From an uncultured Planctomycetia bacterium (GTDB taxonomy: Bacteria; Omnitrophota; Gorgyraeia; 2-02-FULL-51-18), in the NCBI GenBank assembly GCA_964402785.1, contig CAYODQ010000004.1, forward strand, positions 159 to 64,158: a stretch of DNA of 64,000 bases, given 5' to 3'. Of this stretch, positions 19,550 to 28,566 are shown in pieces (the first letter of the stretch is position 1; each line of letters starts with the position of its first letter). Position numbers and translations under genes: made by a program. The notes under the pieces are model-generated. The model did no database searches. It saw only the letters and a program-made list of their open reading frames with translations, and was not told the origin of the DNA.

Positions 19550-20326
19550 ATGGCCGGATTATTAGAAGGTAAAAAGGGTTTGATCCTTGGCGTTGCCAAT
19601 AAAAGAAGCATTGCTTGGGGAGTGGCGCAAAGCTGTGCCAATCAAGGCGCTGAACTTGCTTTTACGTTTCAAGGCGAGAGGTTGGAAGAAAATGTTCGCG
19701 AACTCGCCAGTACGCTTAAAGGCTCTCTTGTGATGCCGTGTGATGTGATGAAAGAATCCGAATTGGATGCGGCCTTCAATAAAATAAAACAAGAATGGGG
19801 CGGATTGGATTTTGTAGCGCATTGCATTGCATATGCGCAAGCAGATGATCTCAAAGGCGAATACCTAAAAACAAAAAAAGATGGTTTTGATATGTCGATG
19901 GGCGTGAGCGCCTATTCCCTGACAGCTGTTTGTCAAAAAGCCGCACCGCTTTTGGAAGCGCGCGGCGGCGGAAGCATCATAACACTTACTTATTTGGGCG
20001 GTGATCGCGTATCTCCAGAATACAACGTGATGGGTGTTGCAAAAGCAGCGCTTCAATCCAGCGTTCGATATTTATCGTATGATCTAGGCCCCAAAAATAT
20101 TCGTGTCAATGCGATCTCGGCAGGCCCTGTGCAGACGTTGGCTGCACGCGGCATATCCGGCTTCATGGATATGTACAAAATTGCCCGTGAAAAAGCACCA
20201 CTTCGTCGCAACACCACTCCTGAAGAAGTGGGCGACACCGCTCTCTTTTTGGTGAGCGCTTTGGGGCGTGGTATCACGGGCCAGACTATTTTTGTCGACA
20301 ACGGCCTCAGCATTTTGGCGTTTTAA
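19550..20326 (+). CDS. fabI: Enoyl-ACP reductase
   Basis: GVANKRSIAWG, YNVMGVAKAAL, NAISAGP. Confidence 0.96.
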   Translation: MAGLLEGKKGLILGVANKRSIAWGVAQSCANQGAELAFTFQGERLEENVRELASTLKGSLVMPCDVMKESELDAAFNKIKQEWGGLDFVAHCIAYAQADDLKGEYLKTKKDGFDMSMGVSAYSLTAVCQKAAPLLEARGGGSIITLTYLGGDRVSPEYNVMGVAKAALQSSVRYLSYDLGPKNIRVNAISAGPVQTLAARGISGFMDMYKIAREKAPLRRNTTPEEVGDTALFLVSALGRGITGQTIFVDNGLSILAF

Positions 20327-20350
20327 CACCAAAAATTCTCTCGTTTTTAC

Positions 20351-20400
20351 CCCCTACATATAGTATTTAGTTTGACGTCGCACCCCAATCATGTTATTGT
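20351..20400 (+). promoter_or_regulatory. smc promoter with an upstream NrdR-box-like palindrome
   Basis: TTGACG(20372)-N17-TATTGT(20395) with TGn extension; CCCCTACATATAGTAT at 20351-20366. Confidence 0.5.
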
Positions 20401-20435
20401 GCTCGCAACAACATTAACAAGGTCTAACTATAACT

Positions 20436-23393
20436 ATGTATTTTAAAAAACTGGAAATATTAGGCTTTAAATCGTTTGCGGATAAAACCGTAATTGAATT
20501 CCAACCCGGTGTCACAGCTATCGTAGGTCCCAATGGTTGCGGCAAATCCAATGTGTCGGATTCTATTCGATGGGTGTTGGGCGAGCAAAGCGCCAAATCA
20601 CTGCGCGGATCCAGCATGGAAGATGTGATATTCGGCGGTTCGATTGATAAGGAGCCGCTCAATCTTTCTGAAGTTTCTTTGACTCTTTCCAACGAAACCA
20701 AATTTTTGGCCATCGATTATGATGAAGTGACGATCACGCGGCGTTTGTACCGCTCCGGTGAAAGCGAGTATCTTCTCAATAAAAATGTTGTTCGGCTCAA
20801 AGATATTCATGAGCTTCTTTTGGGCACGGGCATCGGAACCGATAATTATTCGGTGATCGAGCAGGGTAAAATGGATCGCGTGCTCAATTCCAAACCTGAA
20901 GAGCGCCGCGTTATATTCGAAGAAGCGGCCGGCATCACCAAATTTAAATCCAAGAAAAAAGAAGCGCTGAGAAAATTAGAGCAAACGGACGCCAATCTTT
21001 TGCGCGTCAATGATATTATCCAAGAAGTGAAGCGTCAGATCGCAGCGGTCGAAAGACAAGCCAAAAAAGCCGAGCAGTACAAAGTCGAGTTCGAGCGCAT
21101 GAAGCAGCTGGAGTTGTCGCTGGCGAGCCGCGAATTTCTCACTTTCGAACAAAATAGAAAAGCAAAAGAGGATGAGCTTTGCCAACTCAGAGAAGAGGAG
21201 GCTGCGGCGCATGAAGTGGTATCTTCGATCGATACGCGTTATCAAGAATCACGTTCCCAGTTAAATGAGTTGGAAGAGCAGCTGAAGTCGTTAAGCCAGG
21301 ATGAGATGGCCTCTCAAAGCGAAATACGCCGCACCCAAGATCGTATTCTGATGAATCGTGAGCGTATGGGTGAGTTGGTTGAGCGGCGTGGTCAGCTTCT
21401 TTCGCAGAACGAGTCTATTCAGAGCCGACTGACCGAGCTGGAGTCCGAGATACAGAATTTATCGCGTGTGTATGATGAGGCGGTCGAGCAAGAAGCGCAA
21501 GGTGAAGGCTCTCTCTCAACAGCGCAAGCAAGTATGGATGAAGCGGAAAGTGTTTGTGTGTCCGCCCATGAAGAAGAAAATCGTATCAAGTCTTTGATGT
21601 CCGAAGTTACCAAACGGCGCTCCCAATGGCATGCGGATATGGCCAGGATACGCGCTGAGATCCAGTCAGCCGCCTCGCGTCAAAAGCGCTTGGCTCAAGA
21701 GCAAGAACAGCATTTGCAAGAGATCCAAAAAATTGACGAGCGTATGAGGCTGCCTCTTTTTGAGGATGCAGCGGGCGCCGGCTCAAATCATAGCAAGATC
21801 CAGGAAAAGATCCTTGGGTTTAAGTCCAAAGTGATGGATTTTGTCCGCAGGTTATTTCAGGGCGGAAACCTGTCGGATGCCAGTTTTGAATCTGAGATCG
21901 AAAATGAAATAAGACAGTTCACGGACGAGATCGGCTCTATCCAGGCAAAGATGGATGGCCGCGACATCGAGGTGCGGCATCTTTCTGAGAAGAGGCAGGA
22001 TGCAGAAAAGCGCATGCGGCTTCTTAATGAAGAAGAAGCTCAGGTGATCAAAGAGGAAGAAAATCTTAAGGAGCAGGAGCTTTCCTGCGGCTCCGATGAT
22101 CAGGCGATCGCTGTGGAAGAAACGCGATTTGAGAGCATGTTGGCCGAAGCACAAAATGTAACGGCAGAAGCGCTCAAGTCCAAGGATCAAGTTCTGGTGC
22201 AAGTGGTTGAAGTGCGTGAGCGCCAAAAAAGCATTAGTGACCGGCGTGCGCAGGCTGAAAAGGATAAGAATTGGATCACAGAAACACAGCGTCAGCAGCA
22301 GATCCAGCTGGAGACTCAGACAAAAGAAGCCGAAGATTGTATTTCTCGTAAGGATGCACTTGAGGCCGAAAATATCGCGTTGGAAGATGATGTGCAGCGT
22401 CATCAGTCCAATCGCGACGACATCCTTCGCAAAGTAGAGAATTTAAGGAGTGAGCGCGATGAGGCTTATGCCGGTTTATCCGTACTGGATCGCGAACGTC
22501 AGGAAAAACAGTCTTTTCTGGACGAGGCTCGCGATCGTGTTCACAAGTTTGAGATGGAAAGCGCTGAGCTTCGATTTGAAATGGATAAGCTCAAAGAAAG
22601 AATCTTTAACGCCTATCAAGTGGATCTGATGATCCAGAGCATCCAAGCTGAGACCGAAGCTGCGGCGACCGAAGCATTGATGGGAGATGCGGGCACATTT
22701 AACACAGAAGAGGCAAAAGCTGAGATCCAAAAGATCAAAGATAAGCTTAATCGTATGGGTCCCGTGAATCTGGTGGCGATCGAAGAGCATCAGGAGATGA
22801 CCGAGCGCTTTAATTTTCTGGTGCAGCAGCAGGATGATCTTCTGAAAGCAAAAGACGATCTTCATAAGGCTATCCAGAAGATCAATCGGACGACCAAGGA
22901 GCTTTTTGCTGAAACATTTGCCAAGGCTCAAGAGTATTTCGCCGAATATTTTAAGATCCTCTTTAACGGAGGCCAGGCAGAGCTGGTGCTTTTGGATGAG
23001 CAAGATATTTTGGAGTCGGGTATCGATATTATCGCCAAGCCGCCGGGTAAGAAGCTTCAAAACATCACGCTTTTGTCGGGTGGCGAAAAAGCGCTGACGG
23101 CGATCGCGCTCGTCTTTGCGCTTTTCAAGATCAAGCCCAGCCCATTTTGTATTTTGGACGAAATCGATGCTCCGCTGGATGAGTCCAATGTGGATCGTTT
23201 TTGCAATGTCTTGAAAGATTTTATAACAACATCGCAGTTCATCCTGATCACTCACAATAAACGCACGATGAACCTGGCGGATGCGATCTACGGTATCACG
23301 ATGGCGCAGACAGGTTGCAGCCGAGTGGTGTCGGTGAAATTTTCAGGCAAAAACGCCAAATCACAGGGCGCTGCAGCAGAAGTTATAGCTTAG
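20436..23393 (+). CDS. smc: Chromosome segregation ATPase SMC, short form with no recognisable hinge
   Basis: GFKSFA, GPNGCGKSN Walker A, IEQG Q-loop, FEEAAGI, GPVNL.AIEE, LSGGEK, ILDEIDAPLD, ITHNK; long coiled coils. Confidence 0.92.
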   Translation: MYFKKLEILGFKSFADKTVIEFQPGVTAIVGPNGCGKSNVSDSIRWVLGEQSAKSLRGSSMEDVIFGGSIDKEPLNLSEVSLTLSNETKFLAIDYDEVTITRRLYRSGESEYLLNKNVVRLKDIHELLLGTGIGTDNYSVIEQGKMDRVLNSKPEERRVIFEEAAGITKFKSKKKEALRKLEQTDANLLRVNDIIQEVKRQIAAVERQAKKAEQYKVEFERMKQLELSLASREFLTFEQNRKAKEDELCQLREEEAAAHEVVSSIDTRYQESRSQLNELEEQLKSLSQDEMASQSEIRRTQDRILMNRERMGELVERRGQLLSQNESIQSRLTELESEIQNLSRVYDEAVEQEAQGEGSLSTAQASMDEAESVCVSAHEEENRIKSLMSEVTKRRSQWHADMARIRAEIQSAASRQKRLAQEQEQHLQEIQKIDERMRLPLFEDAAGAGSNHSKIQEKILGFKSKVMDFVRRLFQGGNLSDASFESEIENEIRQFTDEIGSIQAKMDGRDIEVRHLSEKRQDAEKRMRLLNEEEAQVIKEEENLKEQELSCGSDDQAIAVEETRFESMLAEAQNVTAEALKSKDQVLVQVVEVRERQKSISDRRAQAEKDKNWITETQRQQQIQLETQTKEAEDCISRKDALEAENIALEDDVQRHQSNRDDILRKVENLRSERDEAYAGLSVLDRERQEKQSFLDEARDRVHKFEMESAELRFEMDKLKERIFNAYQVDLMIQSIQAETEAAATEALMGDAGTFNTEEAKAEIQKIKDKLNRMGPVNLVAIEEHQEMTERFNFLVQQQDDLLKAKDDLHKAIQKINRTTKELFAETFAKAQEYFAEYFKILFNGGQAELVLLDEQDILESGIDIIAKPPGKKLQNITLLSGGEKALTAIALVFALFKIKPSPFCILDEIDAPLDESNVDRFCNVLKDFITTSQFILITHNKRTMNLADAIYGITMAQTGCSRVVSVKFSGKNAKSQGAAAEVIA

Positions 23394-24561
23394 TCGGTTT
23401 TCGGTAGACGCGCACCCGGTTCTTTCCATCGCGCTTGGCGTCGTACAAGGCTCCGTCCGCACAAAAAATAAGCTTATCTTTGTCTTCAGCGTCTTCCGGA
23501 TAGCTCGCAACACCTATCGATACGGTTATTTGTTTGGGAAGGTCGTTGTGCGGTGAAGGGGTTGAATCTTTTTCGATCGCTTCGCGGAGACGTTCAGCCA
23601 ATCGAGTGGCTTCTTGCTTTCCGGTTCCGGGCAACACTGCGACGAATTCCTCTCCTCCGTAACGCGCCAGATTGTCCATGCGACGCATGACAGTTTTGGA
23701 GATCTTGGACACTTGCTCCAGAGCGCGGTCGCCGGCCGGGTGGCCAAAGGAGTCGTTGTAGGATTTGAAATCATCCACGTCGAAGACAATGAGGCTAAGG
23801 GGTTGATCTTTTGCTTTGGCCTCGCGAATGCCTTCCGCCAGGATAGTTTGGAAATGACCGTGGTTCCACAACTTGGTGAGTGAGTCTTGATGGGCCGAAG
23901 TGACCACTTGGTCGTATATTTTTGAATTCTCCAGCGCCAAAGCTGCGTGGTTGGCCAACATCATCACTCTGCGGATATCGGTCTCTTCCAATTTCTTTTT
24001 GGTGGTGATGTTGTCGACAAGCATGACGCCGATGACGCTATTTTTGCCCCGAAGCGGCACTACTAAAAACTCTTCAATGTCCAAGCTGATAAGATTTCTT
24101 TCCGATAGCGCATGTTTGGCATCCAACTTGCCGATCAAAGACGGTTTATCATAGATAATGGCATTGGCAAGCGCGCCATATGATTTTTCCACGGGCATAC
24201 GAACCTTGCTCACGATCTTGTTGAGCTCTATATCGATCTTCTTGTTGGCTTTGCGATACACATCCAAGAGGCCCTCTAACGTGATTTTTTTTTCTTCGAT
24301 CATCTTCCAGACCTGGGGCGACGTCTCCGGGTGTGTGGGGCCTATTCCCATGCGGCCTTCTAAAAAAGCGCCTGTGTCATCCAACAGAAAAAGGATGGCC
24401 CGATTGTAGCCAAGGCCTTCGTGACTTGTCACGGCACTTAAAATAAGATAGATGACCTCATCCAGGAGCAAGGTGGTGCGGATGAGGTTGCCGATTTCGT
24501 ACAAAAGCAGCAACTCTTGCCGTGTTTTTTTGAGTTCTTCTTGTAATTGATGGATGTCCAT
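23383..24561 (-). CDS. GAF-GGDEF diguanylate cyclase (likely start ATG 24561)
   Basis: DSLTKLWN, DVDDFKSYND.FGH..GD, RRMD I-site, RYGGEEF, ADGALY.AK..GKN; N-terminal GAF. Confidence 0.9.
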   Translation of the reverse strand: MDIHQLQEELKKTRQELLLLYEIGNLIRTTLLLDEVIYLILSAVTSHEGLGYNRAILFLLDDTGAFLEGRMGIGPTHPETSPQVWKMIEEKKITLEGLLDVYRKANKKIDIELNKIVSKVRMPVEKSYGALANAIIYDKPSLIGKLDAKHALSERNLISLDIEEFLVVPLRGKNSVIGVMLVDNITTKKKLEETDIRRVMMLANHAALALENSKIYDQVVTSAHQDSLTKLWNHGHFQTILAEGIREAKAKDQPLSLIVFDVDDFKSYNDSFGHPAGDRALEQVSKISKTVMRRMDNLARYGGEEFVAVLPGTGKQEATRLAERLREAIEKDSTPSPHNDLPKQITVSIGVASYPEDAEDKDKLIFCADGALYDAKRDGKNRVRVYRKPTKL

Positions 24562-24590
24562 AGTAGGATAGGTGAATAGTACCATATTTA

Positions 24591-25328
24591 TTGAGGTTCG
24601 CCCAATTGCCCGCCACAGATGAAGTGATTCAAGACCAAGCCCAGATTCGCGATATGTTTCAAGGGCTAGCCCCAAAATACGATATATTTAATCGATTAAC
24701 AAGTATGGGAATGGATAGTTTATGGCGAAAAGTAGCCTTGGAGGTTGTCCGGCCAGGAATGAGGGTGTTAGACCTGGGTTGCGGAACAGGTGATCTGACG
24801 CTCGGCGCGGCGCTTAAAATGGGGCCAGGTCAAGGTGAGGTTATCGGCTTGGATTTCTCTCAAAATATGCTGGCGATCGCCCAAAAAAGATACAAGAAGA
24901 TCGGGTTCAAATCAGCAACGGTTCGTTTTGTCGCACTGCGAGCGGAAGATATTCCGTTTGAGGATGCTGGCTACGATTTGGTGGTGTCTGGATTCGTGCT
25001 TCGAAACATATATGAGAACATAGATCTTATTTTAAAAAAGATCCATCGGTCGCTTTTGCCGCATGGAAAGATCAGGTTGCTGGATTTTACGGAGCCGCCA
25101 TCCAGAGCTTGGAAAAAAATGTGGCAGCTGTATATGAACACGGCGGTTAAGGTGTATGGACATATTCTTTTTGGGAGTCAATTTCCAGATACGTATTTGA
25201 CGCGATCTGCGGAGCGCTTTGCCAAACCGGCAGAGTTCGTTGGCAAACTCAAGTCCGCGGGATTTAGAAATATCGAGACCCAAACATTTCTTGGGGGCAT
25301 TATTATTTTGTACAAGGCGGATCGATAG
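24591..25328 (+). CDS. menG: UbiE/MenG family quinone methyltransferase (start may be GTG 24624)
   Basis: MFQGLAPKYD..NRLTSMGMD..WR, VLDLGCGTGD, SGFVLRN, YL..S. Confidence 0.85.
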   Translation: MRFAQLPATDEVIQDQAQIRDMFQGLAPKYDIFNRLTSMGMDSLWRKVALEVVRPGMRVLDLGCGTGDLTLGAALKMGPGQGEVIGLDFSQNMLAIAQKRYKKIGFKSATVRFVALRAEDIPFEDAGYDLVVSGFVLRNIYENIDLILKKIHRSLLPHGKIRLLDFTEPPSRAWKKMWQLYMNTAVKVYGHILFGSQFPDTYLTRSAERFAKPAEFVGKLKSAGFRNIETQTFLGGIIILYKADR

Positions 25329-25332
25329 GAAC

Positions 25333-26793
25333 ATGAAAAGTAACTTTAAGAATTTAAGAGAATTCCTGAGTCTTCTTGAGAAAGAAGGTGAATTGATCCG
25401 AATACCCAAAGAAGTGGATCCAGAGCTTGAGATCACCGAGATCACCGACCGGGTTTCCAAGATGCCGGGTGGCGGCAAAGCACTTCTATTTGAGAATGTG
25501 AAGGGATCCAAGATGCCTGTTCTCATCAATGCGTTTGGTTCGTATCGGCGCATGGCGCTGGCCATGGGTGGAGAAAATATCGATCATGCCGCCAAGCGGA
25601 TAGAGAAGCTTCTCTCGATCAAAGGTGTGCCCAAGACTTTTGCCGGGAAATTTGATCTCTTGGGCGAGATGATCGATCTTTCTAAGATCCCGCCAAAGCA
25701 TGTCAAAAATGCCCCCTGTCAGGATGTCGTGGTGACGGACAAGGCGCGGCTTTCAAAAATACCCATTCTTAAATGCTGGCCCAAAGATGCGGGACGATTC
25801 ATTACATTGCCGCTTGTGTTCACGCGAGATCCGGATACCGGCGAGCGCAATATCGGGATGTACCGCATGCAGGTATTCGACGACAAATCGACGGGCATGC
25901 ATTGGCAAACACAGAAAGATGGTGCTATCCATGCTGAGAAAGCCAAGCGGCTAGGCAAAAAGCTGGAGGTGGCGGTGGTGATCGGGGCTGATCCTGCTAC
26001 GGTTTTTTCGGCGGTAGTACCGCTTCCTTATGGATTGGATGAGCTTTTGTTTGCGGGTTTTGTGCGTGGCTCGGGTGTGGAGCTGGTCAAATGCAAAACG
26101 GTGGATATCGATGTGCCGGCTGAAGCTGAGATCGTGCTCGAAGGCACTGTGGATCCCAATGATCTAAAAGAAGAGGGGCCTTTTGGAGACCATACAGGCG
26201 TGTACACTCCCGTAGAATTATTTCCTGTGTTTCGGATCCAATGCATCACGCATCGCAAAGATCCGATTTACTTAACGACGATCGTCGGTAAACCGCCAAT
26301 GGAGGATTATTACATGGGCAAAACAATTGAGCGGACATTTTTGCCGCTTTTACAAAAACAGATCCCGGAGCTGGTGGAGATGAATTTTCCCATGGAGGGG
26401 ACATTCAACAATGCTGTGATCGTGTCTATCGATAAAGCCTATCCGTTTCAGGCGCGAAAGGTCGCACATGCGATCTTTGGGCTTGGACAGCTGTCGTTCA
26501 CCAAATTTGTCATCGTCGTCGATAAAACGGTGAATGTGCACGATCTGTCCGCGGTGGCGCTGGCCGTATTCAACAATATCGATCCCAAGCGTGACATGTC
26601 ATTCGTCGAGGGCCCCGTGGATACACTCAATCATGCAGCGCCCATAAAGGATTTTGGATCGAAAGTGTGCATAGACGCCACGGCAAAAATGAAAGAAGAG
26701 GGTTACACAAGAGCCTGGCCGGAAGAGATCGAAATGGATCAGGCCACGAAATCAAAAGTGGACGGCATCTGGAAAGAGCTTGGGATTAAATAG
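25333..26793 (+). CDS. ubiD: UbiD family prFMN decarboxylase (futalosine pathway MqnL-type)
   Basis: LREFL..LE, NIGMYRMQ, MHWQ, EGPFGDHTG, DTLNHA. Confidence 0.92.
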   Translation: MKSNFKNLREFLSLLEKEGELIRIPKEVDPELEITEITDRVSKMPGGGKALLFENVKGSKMPVLINAFGSYRRMALAMGGENIDHAAKRIEKLLSIKGVPKTFAGKFDLLGEMIDLSKIPPKHVKNAPCQDVVVTDKARLSKIPILKCWPKDAGRFITLPLVFTRDPDTGERNIGMYRMQVFDDKSTGMHWQTQKDGAIHAEKAKRLGKKLEVAVVIGADPATVFSAVVPLPYGLDELLFAGFVRGSGVELVKCKTVDIDVPAEAEIVLEGTVDPNDLKEEGPFGDHTGVYTPVELFPVFRIQCITHRKDPIYLTTIVGKPPMEDYYMGKTIERTFLPLLQKQIPELVEMNFPMEGTFNNAVIVSIDKAYPFQARKVAHAIFGLGQLSFTKFVIVVDKTVNVHDLSAVALAVFNNIDPKRDMSFVEGPVDTLNHAAPIKDFGSKVCIDATAKMKEEGYTRAWPEEIEMDQATKSKVDGIWKELGIK

Positions 26794-26797
26794 ATAT

Positions 26798-26929
26798 GAA
26801 TATACGTATGCGCGAACGGGGCCTGCCGCCGTGCTGCACCCCAAAAAGCCTCGTGTCGGCGCGCTTCGCGCTGGCACTACGTTATTTTGGGGGCCCCGCA
26901 CCGCGTCACCCGTTCGAGATGCGATATTC
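26798..26929. repeat. Long imperfect palindrome (about 132 nt; REP/MITE-like or structured RNA)
   Basis: Nested arms GAATAT/ATATTC, CGAACGGG/CCCGTTCG, GTGC/GCAC, CCCCAAAA/TTTTGGGG, GTGTCGGCGCG-CTT-CGCGCTGGCAC. Confidence 0.8.
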
Positions 26930-26964
26930 CACATCAATCGGCTCGCAATTTTTACTGACGACGT

Positions 26965-27528
26965 ATGATAACTAGCAACAAAACTGTTCTAGAAATGTTT
27001 AAGGATCTTTGTGATTCAGCACATGAGGCTTGGGCATTAAGAAAAAGTATTGATGAGCAAAAAAATTTACTATTATCGCACCCACAACTCAATGATTTTT
27101 TTTGTAGAATTTCCATCATTCTTCAGGATCACTGGATACTGGAGCTTACAAAGTTACATGACCCAGCATTAGATAAAAAGAGTTTAAATTTAACTATTGA
27201 TTACGTCGTAAGGTATGGAGGTTGGGATCCCGCCACAAAAGATAAGCTAAAAGGCTTGCAAATAAAATTAGATAAATTGAAGTCTGACCTGCTGCCAGCA
27301 AGAAATAAAATTATTTGTCATAATGATCTTGAGGCTCTGTTGGACGGGACTCGCTTGGGTAGTTTTGATGCCGGAAAAGATGAAAGTTATTTCAACGCAT
27401 TAAAAGAATTTCTCGAGCTTTGCTACGAAAAAGCGGGCATCGAACCATGTCTTTTTAACACTCATGATTTTTTTAAGACGGATGTGGCAATATTGGCTAA
27501 AATTATTAACGAAGCAGCTATGAGGTGA
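26965..27528 (+). CDS. HEPN domain protein, AbiU2-like
   Basis: All-helical; ILELTKLHD and ARNKIICHND (R-x5-H HEPN-type motif); visibly AT-richer than flanking genes. Confidence 0.65.
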   Translation: MITSNKTVLEMFKDLCDSAHEAWALRKSIDEQKNLLLSHPQLNDFFCRISIILQDHWILELTKLHDPALDKKSLNLTIDYVVRYGGWDPATKDKLKGLQIKLDKLKSDLLPARNKIICHNDLEALLDGTRLGSFDAGKDESYFNALKEFLELCYEKAGIEPCLFNTHDFFKTDVAILAKIINEAAMR

Positions 27529-27531
27529 AGT

Positions 27532-27699
27532 ATGGGTTATGAGGCGGGGAATAAGGTGAGTTCGGTTTATTGGCAGTTTTTGGCGGCGGCGTTGGCGGCG
27601 TATGTGGCGGTGTCGAGTTTTTGGCTGGCCAATCTGATCACTCGCGTGGGTGATATTGAGCACGAGATAGAGCACAAGCATCATCCAGGACATAAATAG
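27532..27699 (+). CDS. Small single-TM protein with His-rich tail (55 aa, not in ORF track)
   Basis: GAGGTG SD then ATG 27532; MGYEAGNKVSSVYWQFLAAALAAYVAVSSFWLANLITRVGDIEHEIEHKHHPGHK*; fills the gap before ubiA. Confidence 0.6.
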   Translation: MGYEAGNKVSSVYWQFLAAALAAYVAVSSFWLANLITRVGDIEHEIEHKHHPGHK

Positions 27700-27711
27700 T
27701 CATTTTGATAG

Positions 27712-28566
27712 ATGATGCTGAGCAAGCTAAAAACTTTTTTTGAATTGATCAAATTTGAGCATACGGTATTTGCGCTGCCTTTTGCTTATATGGGGATGGT
27801 GCTGGCGCAAAAAAGATGGCCGGGTTTCATCGTTTTTTTGTGGGTGACGCTGGCGATGGCATCTGCGCGGACAGCGGGGATGACGCTAAACCGCATCATA
27901 GATCGACAGATCGACGCCAAAAATCCACGCACCAAAAATCGCGCGCTCGTGACAGGTGAATTCAAGATCCTTTGGGCGATCGGCGCGGTCGTAGCAGGTA
28001 TTGCTTTGCTTCTCTTGTCATCCTGGCAATTGAATGAGCTTTGTCTCAAGCTTTCACCCGTAGCATTTATTTTGCTCACAGGTTATCATTACGCCAAGCG
28101 ATTTACTTTTTTGTGTCATTTTATTCTAGGTGCGGTGTTGGCGGTAGCACCCATCGGCGGGTGGCTGGCCGTGACAGGCGTTTTTGCTTGGCCTCCGTTC
28201 ATTTTGGGTTTGGCGGTTCTTTTTTGGGTGGCTGGTTTTGATATCCTATATGCGCTTCAGGATACGGATTTTGACCGCGCCTCTGGTTTGCATTCGATAC
28301 CCGTGAAATATGGCGAATCCAAGGCTCTTTTTATTTCAAAAATATGCCACTTGGTGACCGCGCTTTGGCTTATACTATTTGGGATCGTCGCTGGACTTGG
28401 GTCTATCTATTTCGTAGGTGTAGTCGTTACGTCTATTCTTTTGTGTGTGGAGCATTGGCTCATCTCGGAAGGCGGCCTCTCCAAAATCAACGCGGCTTTT
28501 TTTACGGTGAACGGATGGATCGGGATATTGCTTTTTATTTTCACACTCATGGAAATTTATAAATGA
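27712..28566 (+). CDS. ubiA: UbiA family polyprenyltransferase (MqnP-type)
   Basis: IKFEHTVFALPFAY, NRIIDRQIDAKNPRT, GFDILYALQD..FD. Confidence 0.93.
   Translation: MMLSKLKTFFELIKFEHTVFALPFAYMGMVLAQKRWPGFIVFLWVTLAMASARTAGMTLNRIIDRQIDAKNPRTKNRALVTGEFKILWAIGAVVAGIALLLLSSWQLNELCLKLSPVAFILLTGYHYAKRFTFLCHFILGAVLAVAPIGGWLAVTGVFAWPPFILGLAVLFWVAGFDILYALQDTDFDRASGLHSIPVKYGESKALFISKICHLVTALWLILFGIVAGLGSIYFVGVVVTSILLCVEHWLISEGGLSKINAAFFTVNGWIGILLFIFTLMEIYK

Noticed and set aside
21852-23255. Long antisense ORFs (183 and 259 aa) opposite smc
   Set aside because: Shadow frames of a strongly conserved gene, with no motifs of their own
24562-24675. Apparent head-to-head overlap of the GGDEF and menG ORFs
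   Set aside because: It disappears when the GGDEF start is placed at ATG 24561
26798-26929. Integron attC site in front of a cassette
   Set aside because: Lacks RYYYAAC/GTTRRRY ends, and no integron integrase or cassette array is present
26780-26968. 62-aa ORF (and the opposite 61-aa ORF) across the hairpin
   Set aside because: Open frames expected from a GC-rich palindrome; no SD and no protein-like features
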